Virus record (IMG/VR): IMGVR_UViG_2728369182_000009
Source: a virus
Lineage: Duplodnaviria > Heunggongvirae > Uroviricota > Caudoviricetes
Reading direction: 5' to 3' (one strand)
Length of the DNA stretch: 38,884 nt
Made by a program: the position numbers and the translations under genes. This document shows positions 27,975 through 38,554 of the stretch, in pieces. Below the pieces are notes generated by a model. It ran no database searches and was not told the DNA's origin. It worked only from the letters and a program-made list of their open reading frames with translations. Position 1 is the stretch's first letter; every line of letters begins with the position of its first letter.

Positions 27975-29393
27975 ATGCCGATTCAGCAACTTCCGCTCAT
28001 GAAAGGTGTCGGCAAAGACTTCCGAAATGCCGACTATATCGACTATCTACCAGTGAATATGTTGGCTACACCCAAAGAAATCCTTAACAGCAGCGGATAT
28101 CTTCGCTCATTCCCGGGCATTGCCAAACGCTCTGATGTAAACGGTGTATCGCGCGGAGTCGAGTACAACATGGCGCAGAATGCTGTTTATCGCGTGTGTG
28201 GTGGGAAGCTTTACAAAGGCGAAAGCGAAGTCGGTGACGTCGCCGGAAGTGGTCGCGTATCAATGGCGCATGGTCGGACATCTCAGGCTGTAGGTGTTAA
28301 TGGTCAACTGGTCGAGTATCGCTATGATGGCACGGTTAAAACCGTCTCAAACTGGCCTACAGACAGCGGATTCACACAGTACGAGTTAGGTTCAGTTCGC
28401 GACATTACGCGCTTACGTGGGCGTTATGCGTGGTCAAAAGACGGAACTGATTCATGGTTTATCACTGACCCTGAAGACGAATCGCACCCTGACCGATACA
28501 GTGCACAATATCGTGCCGAGTCTCAGCCTGACGGTATTATCGGCATCGGAACATGGCGAGACTTCATCGTCTGCTTTGGTTCATCGACGATTGAATATTT
28601 CTCCCTGACTGGTGCAACCACAGTTGGTGCTGCTTTGTATGTCGCACAGCCATCGCTGATGGTGCAAAAAGGCATCGCCGGGACTTACTGCAAAACGCCG
28701 TTTGCTGATTCCTATGCGTTTATCAGCAATCCGGCAACAGGTGCGCCGTCTGTGTACATCATCGGTTCCGGGCAGGTGTCACCAATCGCCAGCGCGAGCA
28801 TTGAGAAAATCCTCCGCTCCTACACTGCTGATGAACTGGCTGATGGCGTGATGGAGTCTCTGCGATTTGATGCTCATGAGTTGCTGATTATCCACCTTCC
28901 GCGTCATGTCCTCGTGTACGACGCATCTTCAAGCGCCAATGGCCCGCAATGGTGTGTGTTGAAAACTGGCTTGTATGACGATGTGTACCGCGCTATCGAC
29001 TTCATTTACGAAGGCAATCAGATAACGTGCGGCGATAAGCTGGAGTCCGTGACCGGGAAATTGCAGTTCGATATCAGCAGTCAGTATGGTCTTCAACAGG
29101 AACACCTGCTGTTTACTCCGTTGTTCAAAGCGGATAACGCCAGAGTGTTCGACCTTGAGGTTGAGTCGTCAACTGGCGTTGCGCAGTATGCTGACCGCCT
29201 TTTTCTCTCTGCAACCACTGACGGCATCAATTACGGGCGTGAGCAGATGATTGAGCAGAATGAACCGTTCGTTTACGACAAACGTGTTTTGTGGAAGCGA
29301 GTAGGGCGCATCAGGAAAAATGTCGGCTTCAAATTGCGCGTTATCACGAAGTCACCTGTCACTCTGTCTGGTGCTCAGATAAGGATTGAGTAA
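27975..29393 (+). CDS. Tail hub protein (P22 gp10-like)
   Basis: 472 aa, the same length as P22 gp10, in the conserved position. Confidence 0.85.
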   Translation: MPIQQLPLMKGVGKDFRNADYIDYLPVNMLATPKEILNSSGYLRSFPGIAKRSDVNGVSRGVEYNMAQNAVYRVCGGKLYKGESEVGDVAGSGRVSMAHGRTSQAVGVNGQLVEYRYDGTVKTVSNWPTDSGFTQYELGSVRDITRLRGRYAWSKDGTDSWFITDPEDESHPDRYSAQYRAESQPDGIIGIGTWRDFIVCFGSSTIEYFSLTGATTVGAALYVAQPSLMVQKGIAGTYCKTPFADSYAFISNPATGAPSVYIIGSGQVSPIASASIEKILRSYTADELADGVMESLRFDAHELLIIHLPRHVLVYDASSSANGPQWCVLKTGLYDDVYRAIDFIYEGNQITCGDKLESVTGKLQFDISSQYGLQQEHLLFTPLFKADNARVFDLEVESSTGVAQYADRLFLSATTDGINYGREQMIEQNEPFVYDKRVLWKRVGRIRKNVGFKLRVITKSPVTLSGAQIRIE

Positions 29394-30241
29394 TGGCGGA
29401 TTCGAATCTCAATACACCTGTTATTGTTCAGGCGACGCGGCTCGATACATCAATCCTTCCACGCAATATCTTCTCGCAGTCATATCTGCTGTACGTTATC
29501 GCACAGGGTACTGATGTTGGTAACGTGGCGAACAAGGCCAACGATGCCGGACAGGGCGCTTATGATGCACAGGTCAGGAACGATGAGCAGGATGTAATAC
29601 TGGTCGATCACGAAATTCGACTGGCATCGGCCGAAGCGAAGATACAGGACCACGAAACAAGGATCACTAACGCAGAAGCGGCGATAGTCGGCCTTGATTC
29701 GCGATTAACGACAGCAGAAAACGATATTGATTATCTGACTGATGAAGTTGTCGCCATACAAAACACGCTTTCAGACCATGAAACGCGCATCGATGCTCTG
29801 GAGTATGCCACCACGCGCAAGAAATCAGAGGTTGTTTACTCAGGAGTATCGATAACCATTCCGACAGCGCCGACCAACCTTGTTAGCTTGCTGAAAACGC
29901 TCACGCCGTCATCCGGCACGTTGGCACCATTCTTCGACACCGTTAACAACAAGATGGTTGTGTTCAACGAGAACAAAACCCTGTTCTTCAAGCTGTCGAT
30001 TGTCGGGACGTGGCCCAGCGGAACCGCCAACAGGTCAATGCAGCTAACTTTTTCCGGCTCTGTTCCTGACACACTGGTAAGCAGTCGCAACTCGGCGACA
30101 ACAACCGACAACATCCTGTTAGCTACGTTCTTTAGCGTTGATAAAGACGGCTTTCTTGCCACAAATGGCAGCACGTTAACCATTCAGTCGAATGGTGCGT
30201 CGTTTACTGCCACAATCATCAAAATCATTGCGGAGCAGTGA
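29393..30241 (+). CDS. Tail needle (P22 gp26-like, with Sf6-type C-terminal knob)
   Basis: 282 aa; N-terminus [43 protein letters not shown] matches gp26; the longer C-terminal domain is like Sf6-type needles. Confidence 0.85.
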   Translation: MADSNLNTPVIVQATRLDTSILPRNIFSQSYLLYVIAQGTDVGNVANKANDAGQGAYDAQVRNDEQDVILVDHEIRLASAEAKIQDHETRITNAEAAIVGLDSRLTTAENDIDYLTDEVVAIQNTLSDHETRIDALEYATTRKKSEVVYSGVSITIPTAPTNLVSLLKTLTPSSGTLAPFFDTVNNKMVVFNENKTLFFKLSIVGTWPSGTANRSMQLTFSGSVPDTLVSSRNSATTTDNILLATFFSVDKDGFLATNGSTLTIQSNGASFTATIIKIIAEQ

Positions 30242-30678
30242 TGGAAATAAAGCTCATCGATAATCCGGTGAAGCTTGCAGAATTCCTCAACAACCCGGCA
30301 AACACAGGAAATATCGTAGACAGTGGAGATAAATACTACATCAAGCCTGATGCGGTATACCTCGGCATCTACGAAGGATTAGTGCTGGCTGGCGTTCATG
30401 AAGTGCGTAACTTCTGGCATNNNNNNNNNNNNNNNNNNNNNNNNNNNNNNNNNNNNNNNNNNNNNNNNNNNNNNNNNNNNNNNNNNNNNAGCATCACCAT
30501 GGTTCCTGACACCACCAAATACGGACGGGCAATTATCCGTTTGCTTGGCGCTACCCGTGTTGGTCACCTTGATGATGCTTATACCAGCAATGGAAAGCCT
30601 GTAGGCATCACGATTTATCAGTTACCGCGCTCAAAATACGAGGAGCTAAAGAATGTTAATTTCCCAGATTGCCAATAA
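30241..30678 (+). CDS. P22 gp14-like protein, interrupted by the N run
   Basis: ORF in the gp14 position; ATG at 30241 overlaps the gp26 stop; 23 codons are undetermined. Confidence 0.5.
   Translation: MEIKLIDNPVKLAEFLNNPANTGNIVDSGDKYYIKPDAVYLGIYEGLVLAGVHEVRNFWHXXXXXXXXXXXXXXXXXXXXXXXSITMVPDTTKYGRAIIRLLGATRVGHLDDAYTSNGKPVGITIYQLPRSKYEELKNVNFPDCQ
30421..30489. other. Assembly gap (69 N)
   Basis: Literal run of n characters. Confidence 0.99.
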
Positions 30679-31327
30679 GCACCTCAGCAAAGCTGTTTAC
30701 TGCAAAGGTGGCAGTGATGGCGGTTCAAAGGCACAGGCACGCGCAACTGAAAAGGGCATCGAATTGCAGCGCGAAATGTGGCAAACGAACATGCAAAACC
30801 TTGCACCGTTCACGCCACTTGCTCAGCAGTACGTATCACAGTTGCAGAATCTTTCCTCTCTTCAGGGGCAAGGTCAGGCGCTTAACCAGTATTACAACTC
30901 CCAGCAGTACAAAGACCTTGCTGGACAGGCGCGTTACCAGAGTCTGGCAGCAGCAGAGGCAACGGGTGGATTAGGCTCTACAGCAACAGGAAACCAGTTA
31001 GCAGCAATCGCACCTACACTCGGTCAAAACTGGCTGTCAGGTCAGATGAACAACTACAACAATCTGGCAAACATTGGCCTTGGTGCTCTTACAGGTCAGG
31101 CAAACGCCGGGCAGAACTACGCTAACAACGTCAGCCAATTGTATCAACAGCAGGCGGCGGCATCTGCGGCTAATGCTAACCGACCATCAGGACTGCAATC
31201 AGCCTTGGGAGGTGCCATGAGCGGTGCTGCATCAGGGGCGATGATTGGCTCTGTGGTGCCAGGAATAGGTACGGCTGTTGGCGCTATTGGTGGCGGCATT
31301 ATCGGTGGGCTTGGATCATTGTTTTAA
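30653..31327 (+). CDS. Ejection protein (P22 gp7-like)
   Basis: 224 aa, Q/N/G/A-rich low-complexity protein in the gp7 position; AGGAG RBS. Confidence 0.75.
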   Translation: MLISQIANKHLSKAVYCKGGSDGGSKAQARATEKGIELQREMWQTNMQNLAPFTPLAQQYVSQLQNLSSLQGQGQALNQYYNSQQYKDLAGQARYQSLAAAEATGGLGSTATGNQLAAIAPTLGQNWLSGQMNNYNNLANIGLGALTGQANAGQNYANNVSQLYQQQAAASAANANRPSGLQSALGGAMSGAASGAMIGSVVPGIGTAVGAIGGGIIGGLGSLF

Positions 31328-31336
31328 GGTGGGAAT

Positions 31337-32749
31337 ATGGCTACTTGGCAACAAGGAATCAACTCAGGCGGTTTTCTTGCTGGTATCGGTGGGCAAAACT
31401 CAAATGCGCCAAAGGCAAGTGATGTAAGTGAGGCGTTGGCCTATATTCGCCAGAACAACGAAATGGAGCGTTCAGGTCGCAATAACATCGGCCTTCAGGC
31501 GTTGCAGGGACTTGGTAGTGTCGCTCAAACATATCAAGCCGCAAAGCAACAGGAAGCGGATGCTGCATTCCAAAAAGAATATGCGGCAGCCATCCAGTCA
31601 GGCGATCGACAGCAGGTGCGAGATTTGATGACCAAATATCCTGGTCAATTAGAGAAGATTCAGTCTGGCATGAAGTGGGCAGACGAAGACCAGCGCAACT
31701 CTATCGGCACCTTAGCGGCTGGCGCTCGCCTTGCGGCATCGTCTCCAGAAGCAATGCAATCATGGCTACAAAACAACGCCAAGGAACTGACTCGCGTCGG
31801 TGTTGACCCTAATAACGTTGCTCAGATGTATCAGCAGAACCCTTCAGGATTTGGTGAGTTTGTTGATCACCTTGGGATGGCTGCGCTTGGTCCGATTGAT
31901 TACTTCAATGTTCAGGACAAGATGGCTGGTCGTGAGATTGACCGAGGCGGGCTGGCAGAGACAATCCGCAGCAATCAGGCTGGTGAAGCACTTCAGGCGA
32001 GAGGGCAAAACCTTTCCTATCAGTCAGCAATGACTGGGCACAATATCGCAGCACAACGCTTGGCTCTGGATCAGCAAGAGTTCGGGTTTAAGATGCAGCA
32101 AGCGCAGGAAAAGGCTCAGCAGTTGATTAGCGAAGCACCTAAGCTGTCAGTAAACATGGAAAAAGGCATCGAGACGGCTGTAAACAATGCCACAGCATCA
32201 TCAAACTCAGCCAATTCCATGAGTGCGCTTGCTCAACAGTTCAGAGCAGAAAAACCAACGACCGGCTTGTTCGGTAACGCACAGAACATGTTCGCAAAAC
32301 TTACCGGAAGCGATACGACATTGCGTGATTTGCGCATTCGCCAAAATGCCCTTGTTAACAGTCAGGTTCTTAAATTCCTACCTCCCGGCCCAGCAACGGA
32401 TAAAGACGTTGAGATCGTTCGACAGGGTGCGCCAACTGACATGGATAACCCTGAGACGGTCGCAAGATGGCTTGATGCAATGGCAAACCTTGAGCGACGA
32501 AACGCGCAGTTTAATGAGTTTAAAGCTGAGTGGATGAGCGCGAATGGCAACCCTGGACAATCGCGTAATGGCGGTCAGATATTGGGGTTGGATGTTAAAA
32601 AAGGTGAATCATTGGGGAGTGCCGTTAAGCGGTATATGTCAATGAATACTGACGCAGCGCCAGCACAAGATTCGACACCTTCAGGAGAACCACGGAATCA
32701 GGTTGGATCATATACCTCAAAATCAGGCATTCAATTTACGGTGGAATGA
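31337..32749 (+). CDS. Ejection protein (P22 gp20-like)
   Basis: 470 aa in the gp20 position. Confidence 0.8.
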   Translation: MATWQQGINSGGFLAGIGGQNSNAPKASDVSEALAYIRQNNEMERSGRNNIGLQALQGLGSVAQTYQAAKQQEADAAFQKEYAAAIQSGDRQQVRDLMTKYPGQLEKIQSGMKWADEDQRNSIGTLAAGARLAASSPEAMQSWLQNNAKELTRVGVDPNNVAQMYQQNPSGFGEFVDHLGMAALGPIDYFNVQDKMAGREIDRGGLAETIRSNQAGEALQARGQNLSYQSAMTGHNIAAQRLALDQQEFGFKMQQAQEKAQQLISEAPKLSVNMEKGIETAVNNATASSNSANSMSALAQQFRAEKPTTGLFGNAQNMFAKLTGSDTTLRDLRIRQNALVNSQVLKFLPPGPATDKDVEIVRQGAPTDMDNPETVARWLDAMANLERRNAQFNEFKAEWMSANGNPGQSRNGGQILGLDVKKGESLGSAVKRYMSMNTDAAPAQDSTPSGEPRNQVGSYTSKSGIQFTVE

Positions 32750-34593
32750 TGAAAGTAACTGCAAACGGTAAGACATTTACCTTTCCTGATGGTACGAGCA
32801 CCGAAGATATTGGCACCGCCATTGATGAGTATTTTGCTGGTCAGGCTGTTCAGCAACAAACAGTTAATCAGGCCAATAATGCACCAACACGGGAAGAACC
32901 ATCATTGATGCAACAAGCTGGCGATTGGCTCACTGGTGGTCAAAGTGCAGGGCAAATTGCGGAACAGGCTGGTCGTGGTCTGGTAAACATACCATTTGAC
33001 GTATTGCAGGGCGGCGCAAGTCTGATTAATGCAATCAGCCAGGGGCTTGGTGGCCCCAAGGTTTTGGACGATGTCTATCGTCCAGTCGATCGACCAACAG
33101 ACCCTTATGCGCAAGCTGGAGAAACAATTGGCGGGTATTTAGTTCCAGGAGTTGGAACGGCAGGAAGCATGGCTATTGGATCACTGGCAGAGGCCGCAAA
33201 TCAGAAAGGCGATTTCGCACAAAATGCAGCTAAAAATGCCGGAGTTAACCTTGCCGCTCAGGGGGTTCTTTCCGCAGCAGCAAAGGGAATAGGGCGTGGA
33301 ATAACGGCTATAAAAGGTGATATTGCGCCAGAAGTGGCGAAGAAAATTGCCACATCAGAATCGATGGGCGTGACACCAATGACATCTGATGTTATCACGC
33401 CGAAAAATGCTTTCACTCGCGGCCTAACTCAGGATGCCGAGGGGGCTTTGCTCGGGACAGGCTCAAAGCGAGCGGAGCAATATGCAACGCGTAGTAAGCT
33501 GGTAAGTAATTATTTTGACCGTTTTGGTGAGTACAACCCTGATGATGTGGTGAAATCTCTTACCACCACGTTAAGGGGGCGGAAGGATGCCGCTGGCGCT
33601 GTTATCAATGACGTCACCAATAAAATGGGTAATGCCGCAGTTGATACCACAAATACCATGAATGCTCTGAATACAGCGATCGCAAGACAGGAACGGCTTG
33701 GGACGTCTGCCAATCAAAGCCTGCTTACATCCTTGCGTAACCTACGTGAAGAATTAGCAAACCCTGCAACTGATTTGGATGTTACGTTTGATCTCTTGCG
33801 TCAGCACAGAACAGCATTTAGATCTAATGTTCAGGGAGATGCTATGGTCTTCCCAAACCAGGCAAAAGCAGCTACCAATATGGTAGAGAATGCAATGTCA
33901 AAAGATCTTCGTAACGCAGTTGCAAAAAACCTCGGTGCATCAGACGCAGCAAAATACCTTAAAGCAAATTCCGATTATGCAAACGTTTATAATAAGGTGC
34001 TTAATAAAAACATTGCTAACAAGCTCAACAAGGCAAGCAGTGAAGCCAGTCCTGAACTTATAAATACCGTTGTATTAAGCAGAAAACCATCTGACGTGAA
34101 ACGAATCTGGAGCGCATTGGATAATAAAGGGAAAGATGCTATGCGTGCAGCTTATGTCAGCAAAATAGCGGAAAAGGCCGGTGACTCTCCAGCCAAGTTC
34201 ATCACTGAAGTTAATAAGCTGAAATCTCAGTCAGGCGGTGAAATTTACAACACTATTTTTTCTGGAAAGCACATGAAAGAGCTTGATTCTCTTCATGAAG
34301 TTCTACAGCAAACAGCAAGGTCAGACACCGCAAATGTAGTAACTCAGACGGGGCAATCGCAAGCCAACAGGATAAGGACGATTGGCGCAACTGCGACTCT
34401 TGGCGTATCAATGGGGCTTGAGGCTGGTTTCGGTGCAATGATGCGCTTGTATGAGTCAAAAGCAGCAAGGAATGCTCTCTTACGTTTGGCAAACACCAAA
34501 GCAGGAACACCAGCCTATGAAAGAGCGCTAAATAATGCTGCAAATGCGATACGCCCTATACTTTCAAGCCAAATTACAGCAGAACAGCAATAA
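32746..34593 (+). CDS. Ejection protein (P22 gp16-like)
   Basis: 615 aa in the gp16 position. Confidence 0.8.
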   Translation: MMKVTANGKTFTFPDGTSTEDIGTAIDEYFAGQAVQQQTVNQANNAPTREEPSLMQQAGDWLTGGQSAGQIAEQAGRGLVNIPFDVLQGGASLINAISQGLGGPKVLDDVYRPVDRPTDPYAQAGETIGGYLVPGVGTAGSMAIGSLAEAANQKGDFAQNAAKNAGVNLAAQGVLSAAAKGIGRGITAIKGDIAPEVAKKIATSESMGVTPMTSDVITPKNAFTRGLTQDAEGALLGTGSKRAEQYATRSKLVSNYFDRFGEYNPDDVVKSLTTTLRGRKDAAGAVINDVTNKMGNAAVDTTNTMNALNTAIARQERLGTSANQSLLTSLRNLREELANPATDLDVTFDLLRQHRTAFRSNVQGDAMVFPNQAKAATNMVENAMSKDLRNAVAKNLGASDAAKYLKANSDYANVYNKVLNKNIANKLNKASSEASPELINTVVLSRKPSDVKRIWSALDNKGKDAMRAAYVSKIAEKAGDSPAKFITEVNKLKSQSGGEIYNTIFSGKHMKELDSLHEVLQQTARSDTANVVTQTGQSQANRIRTIGATATLGVSMGLEAGFGAMMRLYESKAARNALLRLANTKAGTPAYERALNNAANAIRPILSSQITAEQQ

Positions 34594-34606
34594 AAATAAG
34601 ATATAA

Positions 34607-35092
34607 CTATCTGATATTACTGCTACTGTTGCATGTTACCGTGTTTCCAAATCCTGAATTGCAGTTTGTATATGTGTCAACGCGTGTTGGGTAAGGTTGA
34701 GTTATAACAGGCTGGCGCGCTTTTTGCTCGATCGCTTGCATTGTGTTTACAGCCTGATAATTCAATAAAGCCTGCTGGAATGCTTGGCTTTGTGCTATTT
34801 GTTGTGCTTGTTCTTGGCTTTGTAATTGAACATAAAGATTCTGAAGTTCAAGTCTTGCCTGTGTGTCACTTATCTTGCCTTCATCGACACCTTGCCCGAG
34901 CATCTTCGCAGCAAGGACATACAGCTTAGGTGTTGGTGCTGATGCCATGCGAGAGTCGTTCTTCAAGCTGGCATCAAGGCAATTAGCCATATCGCTAAGC
35001 TTTGGATAGCGTTGCTCGCAACTTGCCTGATAGTCGCTTACTTTTGCGCACCCAGCCAGCAGAAGCGGGATAATTAACAGTGATTTTTTCAT
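34607..35092 (-). CDS. Lipoprotein of unknown function (161 aa)
   Basis: ATG at 35090-35092 after AAGGAGAG; signal peptide MKKSLLIIPLLLAGC with lipobox; mature part has paired Cys and a Gln-rich helical region. Confidence 0.7.
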   Translation of the reverse strand: MKKSLLIIPLLLAGCAKVSDYQASCEQRYPKLSDMANCLDASLKNDSRMASAPTPKLYVLAAKMLGQGVDEGKISDTQARLELQNLYVQLQSQEQAQQIAQSQAFQQALLNYQAVNTMQAIEQKARQPVITQPYPTRVDTYTNCNSGFGNTVTCNSSSNIR

Positions 35093-35126
35093 ATAATTAA
35101 CTCTCCTTAGTTTTGCGCAGGATACC

Positions 35127-35492
35127 ATGAAAAAAGTTAACATTGGAAACGTACCAAAGATGCTCGTTCCGCTCTTTGAGAGCGGTACAATTGTGTTTTG
35201 TAGAGACTTTCCAGAATGGCAACGCCTGCATCAAAAACTTGGCGTTGACGTGCATGACTCGGACGCCAACGGAGCGTCTCATACAATGAGTAGCGAGAAT
35301 GGTGTTTTGCATGTGATAGGCGTGTTCAATGGCAAACTATCTACTATTGCCCATGAGTGCGCTCACATGGCATTCGATATCTGCTCAAGGGTAGGTGTTG
35401 ATGTTGAACCAGGAAGAGCCAACGAGACTTACTGCTACTTAATGAGCAGGCTTGTTGAGTTCTGCGAGCGACATATCAAAAAGCCGGAGTGA
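35127..35492 (+). CDS. Small HExxH-motif protein (possible minimal zincin)
   Basis: 121 aa; IAHECAHMAF with a Glu about 20 aa downstream; divergent from the lipoprotein gene with 34 bp between start codons. Confidence 0.45.
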   Translation: MKKVNIGNVPKMLVPLFESGTIVFCRDFPEWQRLHQKLGVDVHDSDANGASHTMSSENGVLHVIGVFNGKLSTIAHECAHMAFDICSRVGVDVEPGRANETYCYLMSRLVEFCERHIKKPE

Positions 35493-35505
35493 CCCGGCTT
35501 GATTA

Positions 35506-35685
35506 TTACTTTTTGCTGTCTGGAGTTCGCTTATCCAATACCCAGCCATGACCTGGCTTTGTTGTTGGTGGAAGCCTTTCGTTGTCCTTGACGGTTGCAA
35601 AATTGTCTTTCTTACCGCCGCGTGGGCCAACTTCTTGGTATATTCCGCCGTTTTTTCCTGTGTTTTCACCTGGTTTTTTCGCCAT
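35506..35685 (-). CDS. Small Gly/Lys-rich hydrophilic protein (59 aa)
   Basis: ATG at 35683-35685 after GAGG; MAKKPGENTGKNGGIYQEVGPRGGKKDNFATVKDNERLPPTTKPGHGW; promoter-like TTGACT-N17-AATATT upstream on the minus strand. Confidence 0.45.
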   Translation of the reverse strand: MAKKPGENTGKNGGIYQEVGPRGGKKDNFATVKDNERLPPTTKPGHGWVLDKRTPDSKK

Positions 35686-35775
35686 GATATACCTCAACAT
35701 ACACCCGTTATTGGGCGATTAAATATTGATCTCATTTTATAAGTAGTCAATATGGCCCAGGTAAATGCAAAAATT

Positions 35776-35799
35776 AACCCACCTTCAGGTGGGTTTTTT
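35776..35799. terminator. Bidirectional terminator hairpin at the mnt 3' end
   Basis: AACCCACC-TTCA-GGTGGGTT with T-runs on both strands. Confidence 0.6.
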
Positions 35800-36036
35800 G
35801 TACAAATCCTTCAGCGTATCAAACACCATCTTCTTAACAAGCTCTGACTGCTCATCAGCGATGCGTTCCGCATCGTCTCGATAGCCTGAAATTTTGGATG
35901 GCTTTGATACAGCATCATTCACTATCTGAACTAATTCTGAATTAAGAGAGCGGCCATTGGATTTGGCTCGCTGTTTTAGTTTTTCCTTTAATTCGTAAGG
36001 TAGCCGCAGATTAAATTGCGGGTCATCTCTTCCCAT
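35785..36036 (-). CDS. mnt: Mnt repressor (Arc/MetJ ribbon-helix-helix family)
   Basis: 83 aa MGRDDPQFNLRLPYELKEKLKQRAKSNGRSLNSELVQIV...DAERIADEQSELVKKMVFDTLKDLYKK closely matches P22 Mnt as recalled. Confidence 0.85.
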   Translation of the reverse strand: MGRDDPQFNLRLPYELKEKLKQRAKSNGRSLNSELVQIVNDAVSKPSKISGYRDDAERIADEQSELVKKMVFDTLKDLYKKPT

Positions 36037-36096
36037 TCTTGATGCCTCGCTTTTGTGAGTGGATCGGCATCTTATTATCTGCTGATTGCATCCTCA

Positions 36097-36117
36097 ATAA
36101 GACCACGGTGGTCGTAT
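36097..36117. promoter_or_regulatory. Mnt operator (O_mnt-like 21-bp palindrome)
   Basis: ATAAGACCACGGTGGTCGTAT against recalled P22 O_mnt ATAGGTCCACGGTGGACCTAT; lies between mnt and the tailspike start. Confidence 0.6.
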
Positions 36118-36183
36118 TTTTTTGATTAATAATGCATCACTGCGGCAATGCTGCGGCGATTCCTTGTATCTGGAGCAAATTAA

Positions 36184-38175
36184 ATGACAGACATTACAGC
36201 CAATGTTGTAGTGAGCATGCCTTCGCAACTCTTCACTATGGCGCGTTCTTTTAAAGCCGTAGCTAATGGCAAAATTTATATCGGTAAAATTGACACTGAC
36301 CCGGTAAATCCTGATAACCAGATTCAGGTCTATGTTGAGAACGAAGATGGTTCTCACGTTCCTGTTGCACAGCCAATCGTCATCAATGCCGCTGGGTATC
36401 CAGTATATAACGGACAGATTGCCAAATTCGTAACTGTGCAAGGCCATTCTATGGCTGTTTATGATGCATGTGGTGCGCAGCAGTTCTATTTTCCAAATGT
36501 GCTGAAGTATGACCCGGATCAGTTAAGGCAGGAGTTAGCAAGTTCAGGTGATGATCTTGGAGATGCATTAATAGCAGTAAAACAACCATTCACCTTGTCA
36601 ATAAGAAGGACGCAGCATCAAAAAAATGCCGAGCACATTAGTGTTAGTGATTTTGGTGCAAAAGGAGACGGCATAACAGATGATACTGTAGCAATTCAAA
36701 ATGCTATTAATGCAGTACCAGAAGGGGCTATACTTGGATTTTATGGTGGTGAATTTGTTTTTGATAAGGTTGAATTGCTTAAGCCAATAACATTGGTTGG
36801 TGATGCAACGTTAATTCACAACGGATTTAGAATAAAATCTAGCAGAATACGATCACTTTTATCTGGTGTTCAGAAATGCAAGGATTACTCCGAGTCTTCA
36901 AGAGCATTTTATTGCTATGCAAATGAAGACCAAAGAGATTATGACGATATTCAGATTTTGTTTAATAGATTTGAAGGTTTCTTTTACTCTACGGCATTTG
37001 TTGCAAAAAACTATTATTTGGAGAATGACCCTAATTCAAGAACTGTCAAAAATACAAAAGTAATAGGATGTACATCAGTTGCTCCTGATTCTGTAAATGC
37101 CGGTCATTTTCAACATATAGGCGTTACAAATGCTGAAACATCACATAACTCAACTTATGGCGGACAAAATGCAACATCATACAACTTCATTAACCAGAAT
37201 GGATTTGTAAGGATTATAGGAAATTATGACCATAACAATAGCTATGGTTCATGTGAGCTTGAGAACTCAATGGTGAGTAACTCAGTCATATCATGTAATA
37301 CGTTTTCGTCATATTTATGGGTGGATGATACAAGCAATGTTACTATTTCTGGAAATACAGTTTCATCAAGGATCAAAGTAACATCGCAAACTGACGATGT
37401 TCATAATATAACCATATCAGCAAATACCACAAAACGGATTACTATAGAGCAATTTGGAGAATCTCCGACAGGTCTGGTATATGGTGCATTAATTTCCTGT
37501 AACACTATTACTGGCGACAGTGATGGAAGTTCAGACATTTTATGTACGTCACTTGTTACAGGTGAAATTTCATCAAATTATTGTCATGGATCAGAAAAAA
37601 ATATATCAATTGTCCGCCTGGATTCTTCTGATATAACTGTTAGAAACAATAAAGGAAACAAAGGATTACTTACAATAAGTAACGATGGTGGGAGGATAAT
37701 TGAATATGGCAATGATTCTATGGTTCTGTCTGGAAGCATAGATAGCAGACATATACATAATTTATTACAACCAGACACATCGTATTTAGATCTACCGGGG
37801 AAATATCTGCACGGAACTAAATATACTGGCAGTATCCCCCCCGGTTCCACAGGAACTGTATCACTTCAAATACCATCAGGGGCAAGCCTTGTTTTCAGGG
37901 GTGTTTCTATATGGGTTCTAATTAGAGATGTTAGCAATAACAATATATCGTCATTCAGAATTGATGGTTCATATAGAGTTGTTGGTGGAAGTGTTGGTCT
38001 TAGTTTTGCTGATGCTTATTCGAAACTCGGGGTGGATGCAAACTCTATAACAGTGTCAAACAATAACAGCACTTCTGACAATATCAGCATAGCAATTAAA
38101 AACACAGATTCATCAAAAACCCTTCAGGTTACTGTTATGCCGGAGGTTTCAAGCAGGTTAGGTATTGAGGAATAG
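36184..38175 (+). CDS. Tailspike: P22 gp9-like head-binding N-terminal domain fused to a divergent beta-helix receptor-binding domain
   Basis: 663 aa; first ~115 aa ([11 protein letters not shown]...KYDPDQ) align with P22 gp9; the remainder is AT-rich with a [22 protein letters not shown] pectate-lyase-like motif. Confidence 0.9.
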   Translation: MTDITANVVVSMPSQLFTMARSFKAVANGKIYIGKIDTDPVNPDNQIQVYVENEDGSHVPVAQPIVINAAGYPVYNGQIAKFVTVQGHSMAVYDACGAQQFYFPNVLKYDPDQLRQELASSGDDLGDALIAVKQPFTLSIRRTQHQKNAEHISVSDFGAKGDGITDDTVAIQNAINAVPEGAILGFYGGEFVFDKVELLKPITLVGDATLIHNGFRIKSSRIRSLLSGVQKCKDYSESSRAFYCYANEDQRDYDDIQILFNRFEGFFYSTAFVAKNYYLENDPNSRTVKNTKVIGCTSVAPDSVNAGHFQHIGVTNAETSHNSTYGGQNATSYNFINQNGFVRIIGNYDHNNSYGSCELENSMVSNSVISCNTFSSYLWVDDTSNVTISGNTVSSRIKVTSQTDDVHNITISANTTKRITIEQFGESPTGLVYGALISCNTITGDSDGSSDILCTSLVTGEISSNYCHGSEKNISIVRLDSSDITVRNNKGNKGLLTISNDGGRIIEYGNDSMVLSGSIDSRHIHNLLQPDTSYLDLPGKYLHGTKYTGSIPPGSTGTVSLQIPSGASLVFRGVSIWVLIRDVSNNNISSFRIDGSYRVVGGSVGLSFADAYSKLGVDANSITVSNNNSTSDNISIAIKNTDSSKTLQVTVMPEVSSRLGIEE

Positions 38176-38203
38176 CATCATATATAATTATTTTAATGTT
38201 AAT

Positions 38204-38229
38204 GCCGCCTTCTTGTTGGCGGCTTATTT
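38204..38229 (+). terminator. Rho-independent terminator after the tailspike
   Basis: GCCGCC-TTCTTGTT-GGCGGC followed by TTATTT. Confidence 0.6.
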
Positions 38230-38251
38230 GTGAAAATCGAATGAGTTATTT

Positions 38252-38554
38252 ATGATGAATATAGAAGTTGATATAACACCAATTCTTCACGCACTTTGCG
38301 CTGTTGTCGCACAAGTTCTGGTTGGTCTTTTTACCGGAAACTGGGCTTACGGTGCGATAGCCGGTTGTACGTTCTTCATTGCGCGTGAACACACCCAGGC
38401 AGAATATCGCTGGATTGAAATGTTCGGGCATGGCAAGCGTATGAATATGCCGTGGTGGGGTGGTTTTGATCCACGCGTGTGGGATGTAGGAAGCCTTATG
38501 GATTTTTCTTTCCCAATTATCGGATGCTTATTGGTATGGATTCTTGCATCGTAG
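38252..38554 (+). CDS. Small membrane protein (100 aa, ~3 TM) downstream of the tailspike
   Basis: AT-rich ORF with three hydrophobic segments; sits where lysogenic-conversion genes lie in P22-like prophages. Confidence 0.45.
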   Translation: MMNIEVDITPILHALCAVVAQVLVGLFTGNWAYGAIAGCTFFIAREHTQAEYRWIEMFGHGKRMNMPWWGGFDPRVWDVGSLMDFSFPIIGCLLVWILAS

